From the NCBI GenBank assembly GCA_041500865.1, contig JBGQMY010000003.1, positions 11,333 through 75,332 of the forward strand: 64,000 nucleotides of DNA, written 5' to 3'. Below the pieces are notes generated by a model that saw nothing but the letters and a program-made list of their open reading frames with translations, searched no databases and had not been told where the DNA came from. Position 1 is the first letter of the stretch; the number at the start of each line of letters is the position of its first letter. A program made the translations under genes and the position numbers. Below are positions 1 to 8,471 of this stretch, piece after piece. This DNA comes from Candidatus Micrarchaeia archaeon (lineage in GTDB: Archaea > Micrarchaeota > Micrarchaeia > Anstonellales > J096).

Positions 1-426
1 AAGAGCGGCGCAGACGTGAATGCGAAGGACATCAACGGCTTGACTGCGCTCATGTGGGCGTCACCCTGGGCAGACACGAACATCGCCAGGATGCTTCTGG
101 AAAAAGGCGCCGATGTGAATGCAAGCGACAAGGAAAGAAAGACCGCGCTGATGCACGCAGCCGAAGGCAGGAACATCGGAACCATAATGTTCCTGGTGGA
201 CAACGGGGCATGGATAAACACAAAGGACATATATGAAAGGAATGCCGTGGATTACGCGCTTAGATACGACAGCAGCAGGACGGACATGCGCGTGCCGTAC
301 ACCGATTCGCAGGGCGACGGGATGGAAACTGCAAGATTCCTGAGGTTCGCCCACATGTTCCAGCCCCTTGTGGGGATAGGACCGCTGAGCGAGCTTGCGC
401 TGGATTTCGCTGCATGCGTTTCGTAA
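1..426 (+). CDS. Ankyrin-repeat protein (5' truncated by window edge)
   Basis: Repeated GLTALMWA/KTALMHAA...GADVNA motifs; C-terminal LDFAACVS. Confidence 0.85.
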   Translation, partial: KSGADVNAKDINGLTALMWASPWADTNIARMLLEKGADVNASDKERKTALMHAAEGRNIGTIMFLVDNGAWINTKDIYERNAVDYALRYDSSRTDMRVPYTDSQGDGMETARFLRFAHMFQPLVGIGPLSELALDFAACVS

Positions 427-455
427 GGGAACCAAGGTTCCCTTGACGCTCAACC
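420..455. repeat. 36-bp hairpin element, copy 1 (copy 2 at 51942-51977)
   Basis: TTCGT-AAGGGAAC-CAAG-GTTCCCTT-GACGCTCAACC; flanks identical to copy 2. Confidence 0.7.
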
Positions 456-499
456 TTCCTTTTATTTGGCACTGCGGTGCCCTAAATGCTTTTTTCTTT

Positions 500-672
500 C
501 CCGTAGACGGCTTTCTTTTTCGCAAAAATAGCTTCTTTTTTCCCAAGTATTTTTTCTTTGCAAAGGAGAACTTTTGCGCCAGCAGGCGCCAAACATAGCT
601 TCTTTTGGGGTGAAGGCAAAAATAGTTTCTTTTTCTCCAAGTACTTTTTCTTTTCTAAAGAAAAAGGACTTT
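500..672. repeat. Modular palindromic intergenic repeat array 3' of tRNA-Met
   Basis: 570-615 matches 62557-62602 at 43/46; T-run/A-run inverted repeats. Confidence 0.75.
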
Positions 673-808
673 TGCCAAGGGGGGGACTCGAACCCCCGAC
701 CTCTAGATGGCCCAAAGCGTGCCTATCATCGCCGTTTTCCAACGGCTCAGCACTCACAAAAGCGTGTTTTATGAGTCTAGCGCTCTAAGCCGGCTGAGCT
801 ACCTTGGC
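673..808 (-). tRNA. tRNA-Met(CAT), elongator type, 61-nt intron (709-769) at position 37/38
   Basis: GCCAAGG/CCTTGGC acceptor stem, GGTTCGAGTCC T-loop, BHB motif (CTCA:TGGG helix, TAA and CCA bulges). Confidence 0.9.
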
Positions 809-924
809 TTGCATTAGGGATAGCCATGCATTATTTTTAAAACCCTGCTGTAGCGTTCCGCCTAACGTATGTGAACGTCAAAAAACGGCAGCAAAATAAT
901 GAGCATCCGGACAATGGGCACTCA

Positions 925-1130
925 TTGGCAAGCCCAAGGACTTAGCGTTGGGCGGGGGTCGGATTCCCTCGCGGATGGCCTGCAGCGTGCGCATAAGCGC
1001 GCTATCCTGCCCCTTATCTCCAGCCGCCCCTGGGAAGGCCCCTGCCGGCTCGTTGCACCTTATATGCCAGGCCAGCTCCAGGCGGAAAGGCCCAAACATG
1101 CCGTCAAGCCGTATCTAAGCGCCTTGCCAA
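925..1130. ncRNA. Candidate structured RNA, family not identified
   Basis: Nested complementary segments 925-932/1123-1130, 941-945/1115-1119, 948-953/1090-1095, 976-982/1068-1074 in a GC-rich gap with no convincing ORF. Confidence 0.25.
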
Positions 1131-1210
1131 CGAAAACCTGCAGAAAGAGCCTTGGGACAGTGATTTTATCGTGCCTGCTGCAAGGCCGATAAAACCCCTT
1201 TTCCAATAGG

Positions 1211-2056
1211 CTATTCGCACCTGAATGTCATGGTGTTGCAGAACATGCCGTGCGGGCAGTTGTCGTCGCTTGCGCACCTGCCCTGCTGGGGCACGCATGT
1301 GCTGTTAGGCGCGCAGTACTGCCAGTTGTCGCAGTCTGCGTTGCTGTAGCAGTTTCCGTTCATGACCGTGCACTTGTGCGTCCTGCTTGCGCAGAACTCC
1401 AATGCATTGCAGTCGGAATGGGTGTCGCAGTATCCAAGCGCCGCCTTGCACTTGTGGGACGGCAGCTGGCACAGCTGCCACGTGCTGCATTCCTCGTCCC
1501 CGTTGCAGAAGCCGGACTTCGGCGTGCACATGTGCGTCTTCACTGTGCAGGTCTCCCACGCCTCGCAGTCGGTGTCCAGGTCGCACCTGTCGGCCATCGG
1601 TATGCATCTTTGGAGCGTCGTGTTGCAGTACTGGTACGAGTTGCACTCCGTGTCCTTCGTGCACCTGCCCGCCTTCAGCTTGCAGACGTGGCCCTTGGTG
1701 TCGCAGGAATACAGCGGGTTTGTGCAGTCTTCCTCGACGTTGCACCTGCCTTCAGCCGCTATGCACTTGTTGGCGGTAGTGTTGCACCATTCCCACAGGT
1801 TGCAGTCGGCGTCCTTGCCGCACAGGCCCTGCTTCGCTATGCAGGTGTGCGTCTTGCCGTCGCAGGTCTGCCAGCCCAGGCAATTGGAGGACGAGTCGCA
1901 CATGCCAGGCCTTGACTCGCACGCCTTGTCCGTTATGTTGCATGACTGCCAGCTCTTGCATTGGTCGTCGCCCGTGCAGCTGCCCTGTATGCAGCCGAAA
2001 GAAAACATGAATGCCGTTGCTATTGCCGCAATCGCCAAAATTCCTATGTGCTTCAT
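1211..2056 (-). CDS. Secreted/lipid-anchored Cys-rich repeat protein
   Basis: Hydrophobic leader ending FGC; about 11 repeats of ~22 aa (CxxDxDCxxWxxCxxxxHxC). Confidence 0.8.
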   Translation of the reverse strand: MKHIGILAIAAIATAFMFSFGCIQGSCTGDDQCKSWQSCNITDKACESRPGMCDSSSNCLGWQTCDGKTHTCIAKQGLCGKDADCNLWEWCNTTANKCIAAEGRCNVEEDCTNPLYSCDTKGHVCKLKAGRCTKDTECNSYQYCNTTLQRCIPMADRCDLDTDCEAWETCTVKTHMCTPKSGFCNGDEECSTWQLCQLPSHKCKAALGYCDTHSDCNALEFCASRTHKCTVMNGNCYSNADCDNWQYCAPNSTCVPQQGRCASDDNCPHGMFCNTMTFRCE

Positions 2057-2122
2057 CAAAAATACACCCTTGCTTAGATTTTTACACAAATGTTTTTAAT
2101 GGTTTGGAATGGAGTTGGTAAT

Positions 2123-2350
2123 ATGCTTTACAGGATACCCATGGATAGGGGCGCATTCAGCGGCAAACTGTTCTACCTTGATAAGGATACGGACGCGCCG
2201 TACTGCAAACAGCACGGGGCCATGAACGTCGTAACCGTCGTAAGCAAGAATGGAAAAAAGTACCTGTGGTACAGGTGCCTCGTCTGCCACATAGGGGTCG
2301 TTTACGACAAGGATAACAAGACAAACCAGGGCTGGGCCGAGGCGAGGTAG
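2123..2350 (+). CDS. Small zinc-ribbon-like protein
   Basis: CxxH...CxxC pattern; abuts the next gene. Confidence 0.5.
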   Translation: MLYRIPMDRGAFSGKLFYLDKDTDAPYCKQHGAMNVVTVVSKNGKKYLWYRCLVCHIGVVYDKDNKTNQGWAEAR

Positions 2351-2749
2351 ATGGACGCTGAAGGCATGATGAAGAAGCTCGACGCTTTGAAAATCAAATT
2401 CAGCGTTGTCGGAAGCTACGCGCTCATGGCAAACGGCTACAAGGTCAAGCCCAACGACGTTGACATCATAGTTGATAAGAAAGATGTTGAAAAGGCGAAA
2501 TCCGCGCTCTCGGAGTTCGGGGCAGAGGCGGAAGTCTACGAAGGGACGCCAAAATCAAGGGTATTCACTCCGCAAGAGTACAAGGAGCTGTTCCTTTCAA
2601 AGTTCACCAACGACGACCTCATGATAGAGAAGCTCGCAAGGCACGCGGTTGACGAGCCGAGGCTGCTCGCGCTTTTTGAGGGAACGGAAATTATGTTCGT
2701 ACTTGAAAGCATGAAAAAGGATATTGAACGGAAGCTTGCGAAAAAATGA
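2351..2749 (+). CDS. Minimal nucleotidyltransferase-like protein
   Basis: VVGSYAL...DVDIIV (GS...DxD) motif. Confidence 0.7.
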   Translation: MDAEGMMKKLDALKIKFSVVGSYALMANGYKVKPNDVDIIVDKKDVEKAKSALSEFGAEAEVYEGTPKSRVFTPQEYKELFLSKFTNDDLMIEKLARHAVDEPRLLALFEGTEIMFVLESMKKDIERKLAKK

Positions 2750-3498
2750 GCGCCCTGGACTGGATAGCTTTGGCCATTGCCGGAATATACTCCAAGCTGC
2801 TTTCACTTGTCCAGCACCTTGGCACGCCGCTGCACGAGTCATGCCATTTTGTCGCCGCGTCGCTCGCCGGCCTAAGGGTCAGTGAGTTTGTGCCGTATTA
2901 CGCGCTTTCCAAGGACAGGAATGCGCTGAAGGCGCAGGGCGTACTGGGCTATGTCAGGCACGAGAAGGCAAGGGACGAGGCAGTCAACATAATAGTCGGC
3001 GCATCGCCCCTGCTTGCGCTTTGTTTCGTGATACTTCTTGCTGACGCATACCTTGCAGACATGTACGGGAAGGCGCTTGTCAGCATAGTCGCGCTCGTTT
3101 TCCTCACGCCCTCGCGTAAGGATACGTTTGAGGACTTCTCTGACGTGGGGGCCACGATCATGAACATTCCCCTCATAATATTCATAAGGCTCGTTGGCCT
3201 GCTTTTCAACTCAAACGTCTTGCTGGCGATGGCGTTCCACGTTTTGCTGGCAATAGCGGTCCTGCTCCTTGTCATTGCCATGAAAACGCTTGTCGTCGCG
3301 TTCCTGTTCGCGTCGCTCCTCACGCTGCTTTCGTACAGGATGGCAAACGGCATATTGCTGTTCATTTCCAAGATGCTGTTTTACCTGACATTTCCGCTGT
3401 CAACCATTTTCTGGGCCGCGTGCGCAATATCTTATTATTACCTTGGGACAGACTATTTCAGCGCGATAATCGGCTATGTCCACGACATCTGGCCGTAA
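2746..3498 (+). CDS. Membrane metallopeptidase, M50-like
   Basis: LHESCH (HExxH) motif plus multiple TM segments. Confidence 0.6.
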   Translation: MSALDWIALAIAGIYSKLLSLVQHLGTPLHESCHFVAASLAGLRVSEFVPYYALSKDRNALKAQGVLGYVRHEKARDEAVNIIVGASPLLALCFVILLADAYLADMYGKALVSIVALVFLTPSRKDTFEDFSDVGATIMNIPLIIFIRLVGLLFNSNVLLAMAFHVLLAIAVLLLVIAMKTLVVAFLFASLLTLLSYRMANGILLFISKMLFYLTFPLSTIFWAACAISYYYLGTDYFSAIIGYVHDIWP

Positions 3499-3505
3499 TA
3501 CCCCC

Positions 3506-3585
3506 TGAAGCCTTTTTGGAAAAGGCTCCAGCGAAGCTTTTTAGAAAAAAGCTTCAGCAAAAACGGGCCTTTTTTGGAAAGGCGC
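3506..3585. repeat. Tandem palindromic repeats between convergent genes (possible terminator)
   Basis: GAAGCCTTTTTGGAAAAGGCTCC and GAAGCTTTTTAGAAAAAAGCTTC; same module at 19236-19260 and 54700-54722. Confidence 0.65.
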
Positions 3586-3586
3586 A

Positions 3587-4615
3587 TCAGTTCATCTGGT
3601 CGTAATACTCCTTGAGCCTTCCGTGCATGAGGTAAGGCGCGCTCTTTAGCGACTCTATGTCCCTGCTCCCCGTAAGGAACATGCAATGCCTGAACTGGCG
3701 CGTCCACATATTGACTGTTTCGTCAAGCCTCTTTTCCTTGTGCGCCTTGAGGAAAGGCATGGCTGCCCCGAACATGTCCGCGCCTATCGCGAATGATTTT
3801 GCGCCGTCTATGCCGCTCCTTATGCCGCCTGTCGCGATTATCTTTGCGAACGGGGATGACATGATTATTGAAAGCGCCGTTGGTATGCCCCATTCTTCAA
3901 ACCCCGGAATCTTGCCGTTTCTTAGATACTCGACCTTGCTCCAGCTTGTGCCTCCGGAACCTGCAACGTCAATCCATTCTATCCCGATTTTGCCAAGCCG
4001 GAAAGCAACGCCCTTGACTATGCCGCCGCCGACCTCCTTTACGATGACCGGTATTTTCAGTGCGTCCTTGAGCGCCGCTATTTTTTCCTGCACGCCTTCC
4101 CAGTCCTTGTCGCCTTCAGGCTGAATCAGCTCCTGGAGCGGATTGAGGTGCACGGCAATTGCATCAGCCTCTATGGATGATGCGGCCTCGTCTATCTTCA
4201 TTATTTCGTACCTTTTGAGCTGGATTCCGCCGATGTTGCCTATCACAAATGCGCCAGGATGCTCTTTCTTCACGTAATAGGTGTCCCTAAGATTTGGGTT
4301 TTCAACCATCGCCCTCTGGCTTCCGAGGCCCATCGGTATCTTGTACTTTTCCGACATTTCCGCAAACGCGAGGTTTATGGGCTTCGCGCCCTTGAACCCG
4401 CCTGTCATCGCTGAAATCAGCAGCGGATGGCTGAACGCCTTTCCAAGGAACTTCGCCTTTGTCGATATTGAATCGTAATTGATTTCAGGCATGGCATTGT
4501 AAAGAAGCTCAACGTCGTCCAGGCCAGTGGCCTTGGAATATTGGGATTCCTTCCTCAGCGAGGCGAGGATGTGCTCCTCCTTCCTTTTCTCTATCTGGCT
4601 CGTGTCCTTGGCCAT
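3587..4615 (-). CDS. fni: Type 2 isopentenyl-diphosphate isomerase
   Basis: RKEEH, AMTGG, GSQR, HLNPLQE, VKEVG, GGTSW motifs; start taken at MAKDTSQ. Confidence 0.95.
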   Translation of the reverse strand: MAKDTSQIEKRKEEHILASLRKESQYSKATGLDDVELLYNAMPEINYDSISTKAKFLGKAFSHPLLISAMTGGFKGAKPINLAFAEMSEKYKIPMGLGSQRAMVENPNLRDTYYVKKEHPGAFVIGNIGGIQLKRYEIMKIDEAASSIEADAIAVHLNPLQELIQPEGDKDWEGVQEKIAALKDALKIPVIVKEVGGGIVKGVAFRLGKIGIEWIDVAGSGGTSWSKVEYLRNGKIPGFEEWGIPTALSIIMSSPFAKIIATGGIRSGIDGAKSFAIGADMFGAAMPFLKAHKEKRLDETVNMWTRQFRHCMFLTGSRDIESLKSAPYLMHGRLKEYYDQMN

Positions 4616-4791
4616 GTTCCTGAATCGGCTGAAAGGGTTTAAAATGCTTCCATGGCCGCGGCTTTGCCCCTGAACTTCCCTGATTAAGCGACTTTGGGTC
4701 CAGAGCCCATGGCGGCCCTGAAGCAAATGGCGGAAATGCCTTTGTTCCAATAAAAATAGGTATTAAAGCTTTCCGTTGCAATGCTAATAAG

Positions 4792-5517
4792 ATGGTCGAA
4801 AACGTAAAAATCGTGCTTTTCAAGGACATGAAGAAGATGGGGCTCAGCAGGCCCAAGTTCATAGTCGGCTTCCCGACAATCGGGCTTGTCGGCAGTATAT
4901 CTCTTGCGTATCTTACCAGCACCATGGATTTTGAGTTTGTCGGAACCATAAAAAGCAGCAGGTTCGCGCCTGTAGTTGCGATACACGACCACAAGCCGAT
5001 ACCGCCATTAAGGATAATGGTGTCCAGCAAGAGCAACCTCGTTGCCATAGTTTCCGAAATGAGCATCCCGATGACGATGTCGCAGAGCGTGTCTGATGCG
5101 ATACTTTCGCTGTTCAAGGAGATGGACGGCGAGATGATAGTGGTCTTGGGCGGGATTTCGCTCGGGGAGAAAAAGGACGGGATTTATTACATTCCCTCGA
5201 CAGACCGGGCAAAGGCCCTGTGCGAGACAAAGAAGGTCGGCGAAAGCATAAAGGAGGGCGCAACGACAGGCGTAACGGCATTATTGATTATGGAGACCGC
5301 GATGAGGCGGATAAACGCAGTGACGCTTTTGGCAGAGGCAAACCCTGACATAAGCGACCCCAGGGCAAGCAGCAACATACTCAAGTCCCTTTCAAGGCTG
5401 ATTGACCTGCCGATAAAGACGGCGGAATTGGACAGGGAGGCAAGGGAAATCAGCGAGCAGGTCAAGGAAACGGAGCTGAAGTCAGCGCCGTTCCGCGGCG
5501 GGGACATGTATCGCTAG
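4792..5517 (+). CDS. PAC2 family proteasome assembly chaperone
   Basis: GFPTIGLVG N-terminal motif; DPRAS motif near the C-terminus. Confidence 0.85.
   Translation: MVENVKIVLFKDMKKMGLSRPKFIVGFPTIGLVGSISLAYLTSTMDFEFVGTIKSSRFAPVVAIHDHKPIPPLRIMVSSKSNLVAIVSEMSIPMTMSQSVSDAILSLFKEMDGEMIVVLGGISLGEKKDGIYYIPSTDRAKALCETKKVGESIKEGATTGVTALLIMETAMRRINAVTLLAEANPDISDPRASSNILKSLSRLIDLPIKTAELDREAREISEQVKETELKSAPFRGGDMYR
5500..5517 (+). repeat. Direct repeat copy 1 (3' end of PAC2 gene; copy 2 at 6988-7005)
   Basis: GGGGACATGTATCGCTAG vs GGGGACATGTACCGTTAG, 16/18 identical. Confidence 0.7.
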
Positions 5518-5549
5518 TGTCCCTTAATTCAAAGGAACTATTTTTTGCG

Positions 5550-5993
5550 CTATACGTTTATGAGCTTTAGTTGAACCTTGGCGTTTATGTTAATACCTGA
5601 CGGCACATCCAGCTTAGCCTGCACGAACCAAGGTATGGTTGAGGGATCGCGTATCTTGGATTTGAGAAAATTTGCCAATGGATTATCCGGCATATCAATT
5701 GGGGCAAGGGAGAGCGAGGAAGGAACTGCTATGGAAAATGCGTACACATCCCCGTTGTTGTATATTTTTTCTCCCGAAATCTGTTGTGGAATCTCGTGAA
5801 AGATTTGGGGTGGTCTTCCCTTCCAAACCATCATTTCTCCATGAAAAATTATCTCCAAGCTACGGGCTTGCAGCGGTTTTGGCAGATTAAGATAAATCTT
5901 GCCGTTGATATTCTGCCCTGGCTTGAATTCAAGGCTTTCAAGTTCAATTTTTATGCTGCCATTGTCGCCAAATCCAAACATGCTGCCACCCAT
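5550..5993 (-). CDS. Arrestin-N/SpoOM-like hypothetical protein
   Basis: FKPGQNINGKI...YAFSIAVP...WFVQAKLDVP pattern; AT-rich. Confidence 0.5.
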   Translation of the reverse strand: MGGSMFGFGDNGSIKIELESLEFKPGQNINGKIYLNLPKPLQARSLEIIFHGEMMVWKGRPPQIFHEIPQQISGEKIYNNGDVYAFSIAVPSSLSLAPIDMPDNPLANFLKSKIRDPSTIPWFVQAKLDVPSGININAKVQLKLINV

Positions 5994-6083
5994 TTTTATA
6001 TTTACTCGGCCTGTTTTAAAATATGCCGTAATATCTAAATCAATGAGCACATAGTTTTTAAATAAGCGAAGATATATCTTATC

Positions 6084-6962
6084 ATGGAATTGGCAAAAGT
6101 CGATCAGATTTTGTTCGGGATAGTTTTTCTGGCAGGGAGCTTCATGTTTGTATTGATCTCCCTTTGTCTGACTTTATTACCAGGCGGCTATATCCTTAAT
6201 TCGCTGCCTGAATGGGTTCTATTGGGAGCATTCTTTATTTTTTTTATCGAGGCAGTAGCATGGTGGCTAAAGGGAACCCTTGCCATGGACGAAGCAAAGC
6301 TTGAACAAAAGAGCGCCACCCTCTGGTCGCAGTTGGGCCGCTTTCGCCAATATTTGGATGCGTTTAGGGTCGTGATCACTTCAATATTACTCCTGATAAT
6401 TTTTGGCGTTGCTTTTTATTACATATTCAACAGTCTCAAATCAGGAATGGTCTTCAGAATCCAATTCTTTGTTTTGCTTGCGACATATGTCTTTTATCTT
6501 GTCGTAAGGAGCCCGCTATTGTCATTTCTGGAAAAACTGTTTGCGCCAGCAAGCAAGATGTTCCGCGGCAACCTGCCAAGCTACACGTTGAATGGCAGTG
6601 GGCTGACAATAGATCTTAATATAAGGAATCTATGGGGCCCGTCAGAGAAATATCTGGTTAATATAAACTTTGATGAGCTTGATGAGATAAGGACATTCAC
6701 GTTCCAAGAAGCAAGCACATTCCTTAGATATAAGATAGGTCCTAATGCTGAACTACTGGCAAAGCAAGCAAAGGGCATGTACAGTTACATGAAACATGAG
6801 ATACCGAGGCCATCAACCTATATAGTACACGCTACTTCAAGCATCGGCAAAATCGTATTGCTAAGGGGGCCTGAACTTCTTTATTTTGTCGCTTTTGACA
6901 AGGACGACGTCAGCGACCTTCTGGACGCTTTTGAAAAATACAAGAAAAAGGCAGGAAAGTAA
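6084..6962 (+). CDS. Hypothetical membrane protein
   Basis: Four N-terminal hydrophobic segments; AT-rich. Confidence 0.65.
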   Translation: MELAKVDQILFGIVFLAGSFMFVLISLCLTLLPGGYILNSLPEWVLLGAFFIFFIEAVAWWLKGTLAMDEAKLEQKSATLWSQLGRFRQYLDAFRVVITSILLLIIFGVAFYYIFNSLKSGMVFRIQFFVLLATYVFYLVVRSPLLSFLEKLFAPASKMFRGNLPSYTLNGSGLTIDLNIRNLWGPSEKYLVNINFDELDEIRTFTFQEASTFLRYKIGPNAELLAKQAKGMYSYMKHEIPRPSTYIVHATSSIGKIVLLRGPELLYFVAFDKDDVSDLLDAFEKYKKKAGK

Positions 6963-6987
6963 GGTTTTGCATGCAAAGCCCCAACTA

Positions 6988-7005
6988 GGGGACATGTACC
7001 GTTAG
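6988..7005 (+). repeat. Direct repeat copy 2 of PAC2 3' end
   Basis: Encodes G-D-M-Y-R-stop like 5500-5517. Confidence 0.7.
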
Positions 7006-7070
7006 GCCTTGTTTGAATCAGCTTAAAAAAGAAAGAACTGGGTATCAAGAACACCTGCTTGGTTATTCTG

Positions 7071-8174
7071 TCATACGGCTAATTCCTTGGCAAATAGCCT
7101 ATTGAATCTTTCCACGACTCTTTTCCTGAAATTATAGCTATTTGCAAATCTGGCATAAGCAAGCCAGCCTTCCAGGCTTTTCACTATTTCTTCCCTGTTC
7201 ATCTCTCCTTTATCGCATTTCCGTTTGAACATGTCAAGGCGCTCCCAGATTCTTCTGGCATTGCTCTTCTTGAGAAGCCGGTACCCATGAAAAATCCTGA
7301 AGCCAAGAAATGCTATGCCCCGTTCCAATGGAATAATGCTGGACTTTTCAGGATGGAGCCTTATCTTGAGCCGGTATGCCAGAAACTCGCTTATTTCAGC
7401 GTTCCACATTTCAAGCATTTTCCTGTCCCTGTGCAGAATCACGAAATCATCCACATAGCGGATGTAATATCTGGCCCCAAGCCGCTCCTTTGCAAAATGG
7501 TCGAATCCGTTCAGGTATAGATTGGCAAAGAATTGCGAGGTCAGGTTTCCAAGGGGCATCCCTTTCCCATGAACTTCAGCTTTGTGGTTTGCCAATATCA
7601 TTCTTACCAATTGCATAATATCCGGATCCTTTATTTTACGGCTAATCATCTCCAATAGGATTTCATGTTCAACTGTCGCAAAATAATGCAGAATGTCCGC
7701 CTTGAGGGCATATCCGCAGCAAACGGATTCTTCATCGCTAGGCTCTTTTTCTGCTTTTGGCTTGCAGAAAGAGACCGCGCGCATGAACCGCTCCAGTCTC
7801 CGTATCGCATTATGCGTTCCCTTGCCTTTCCTGTTGGCAAATGAGTCAAAGATGAAATCCTTTTCAAAAATGGGCATTATGACGTTGCATAATGCATGGT
7901 GCACAACGCGGTCCCTGAAATGGGACGCGCTTATTTTTCTGGTCTTTGGGTCCCTTACGAGGAATACAGTTGGCGGGCGAGGCGAATAGGCAAATGCCTT
8001 CAGCTCGGATTCCAATTGCCTGAGATTATTTTCAAGATTGGATTCGAACTCAATTACATAATCCTTCAGCGTTTTCCTTTTTCTGGCTTTCTGAAATGCA
8101 AGCTTAAGGTTTTCATAGGAGCAAACCTGCGGATAAAGATGCCTGTAGGATTTCATGGGTTTCGCCAAGCGCAC
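7071..8174 (-). CDS. DGR-type reverse transcriptase
   Basis: PKTRKI, FRDRVVHHAL, RKGKGTH, ADILHYF, GMPLGNLTSQFFANLYL and YVDD motifs; directly downstream of a TR. Confidence 0.95.
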   Translation of the reverse strand: MRLAKPMKSYRHLYPQVCSYENLKLAFQKARKRKTLKDYVIEFESNLENNLRQLESELKAFAYSPRPPTVFLVRDPKTRKISASHFRDRVVHHALCNVIMPIFEKDFIFDSFANRKGKGTHNAIRRLERFMRAVSFCKPKAEKEPSDEESVCCGYALKADILHYFATVEHEILLEMISRKIKDPDIMQLVRMILANHKAEVHGKGMPLGNLTSQFFANLYLNGFDHFAKERLGARYYIRYVDDFVILHRDRKMLEMWNAEISEFLAYRLKIRLHPEKSSIIPLERGIAFLGFRIFHGYRLLKKSNARRIWERLDMFKRKCDKGEMNREEIVKSLEGWLAYARFANSYNFRKRVVERFNRLFAKELAV

Positions 8175-8185
8175 AGATAAATGCC

Positions 8186-8445
8186 CCTAGGGTGCAAGCC
8201 CAAGTCATTCCGAACGCATTGGACGGCCTGTAGTTCGCGTTGACGTTCTGCCTGTTGTTGCCGTTGTTGTTGACGTTGCGGACCAGAAGGCCTCAAGAGT
8301 AACCCGTCTGCCACAATGGCACTTTCGTGCCAACACCGCCGCTTCACGCTTTCAATCCATGATTTACTCAATGTCGCGGCTGAATCCCATGTCTGGCTTT
8401 AACCAGCACTGCAGACAGGTGTGTGGCCTAGGCTTGCACCCTAGG
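8186..8445 (-). ncRNA. Putative structured DGR template RNA containing the TR
   Basis: 15-bp inverted repeat 8186-8200/8431-8445, 10-bp helix 8302-8311/8411-8420, GAAA-tetraloop hairpin 8317-8332. Confidence 0.7.
8204..8292 (-). repeat. DGR template repeat (TR)
   Basis: 89 nt, nine AAC triplets; aligns without gaps to 8710-8798. Confidence 0.97.
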
Positions 8446-8471
8446 AATAGGGAAAAGGATGGAAAGCTTAT

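Noticed and set aside
500..672. CRISPR array
   Set aside because: No regularly spaced identical repeats with unique spacers and no cas genes in the window
925..1130. Confident SRP or RNase P RNA call
   Set aside because: Signature motifs are not present in the expected order; kept only as a low-confidence candidate
7071..8174. RT as group II intron or retron
   Set aside because: The adjacent TR/VR pair with A-only mismatches explains it; no intron domain V/VI recognised downstream. The inverted repeat upstream recalls retron a1/a2 arms but encloses the TR
8153..8371. 72-aa ORF over the TR as a possible Avd
   Set aside because: The Gln-rich text is an off-frame reading of AAC repeats; too short, TTG start, no Avd-like helical pattern
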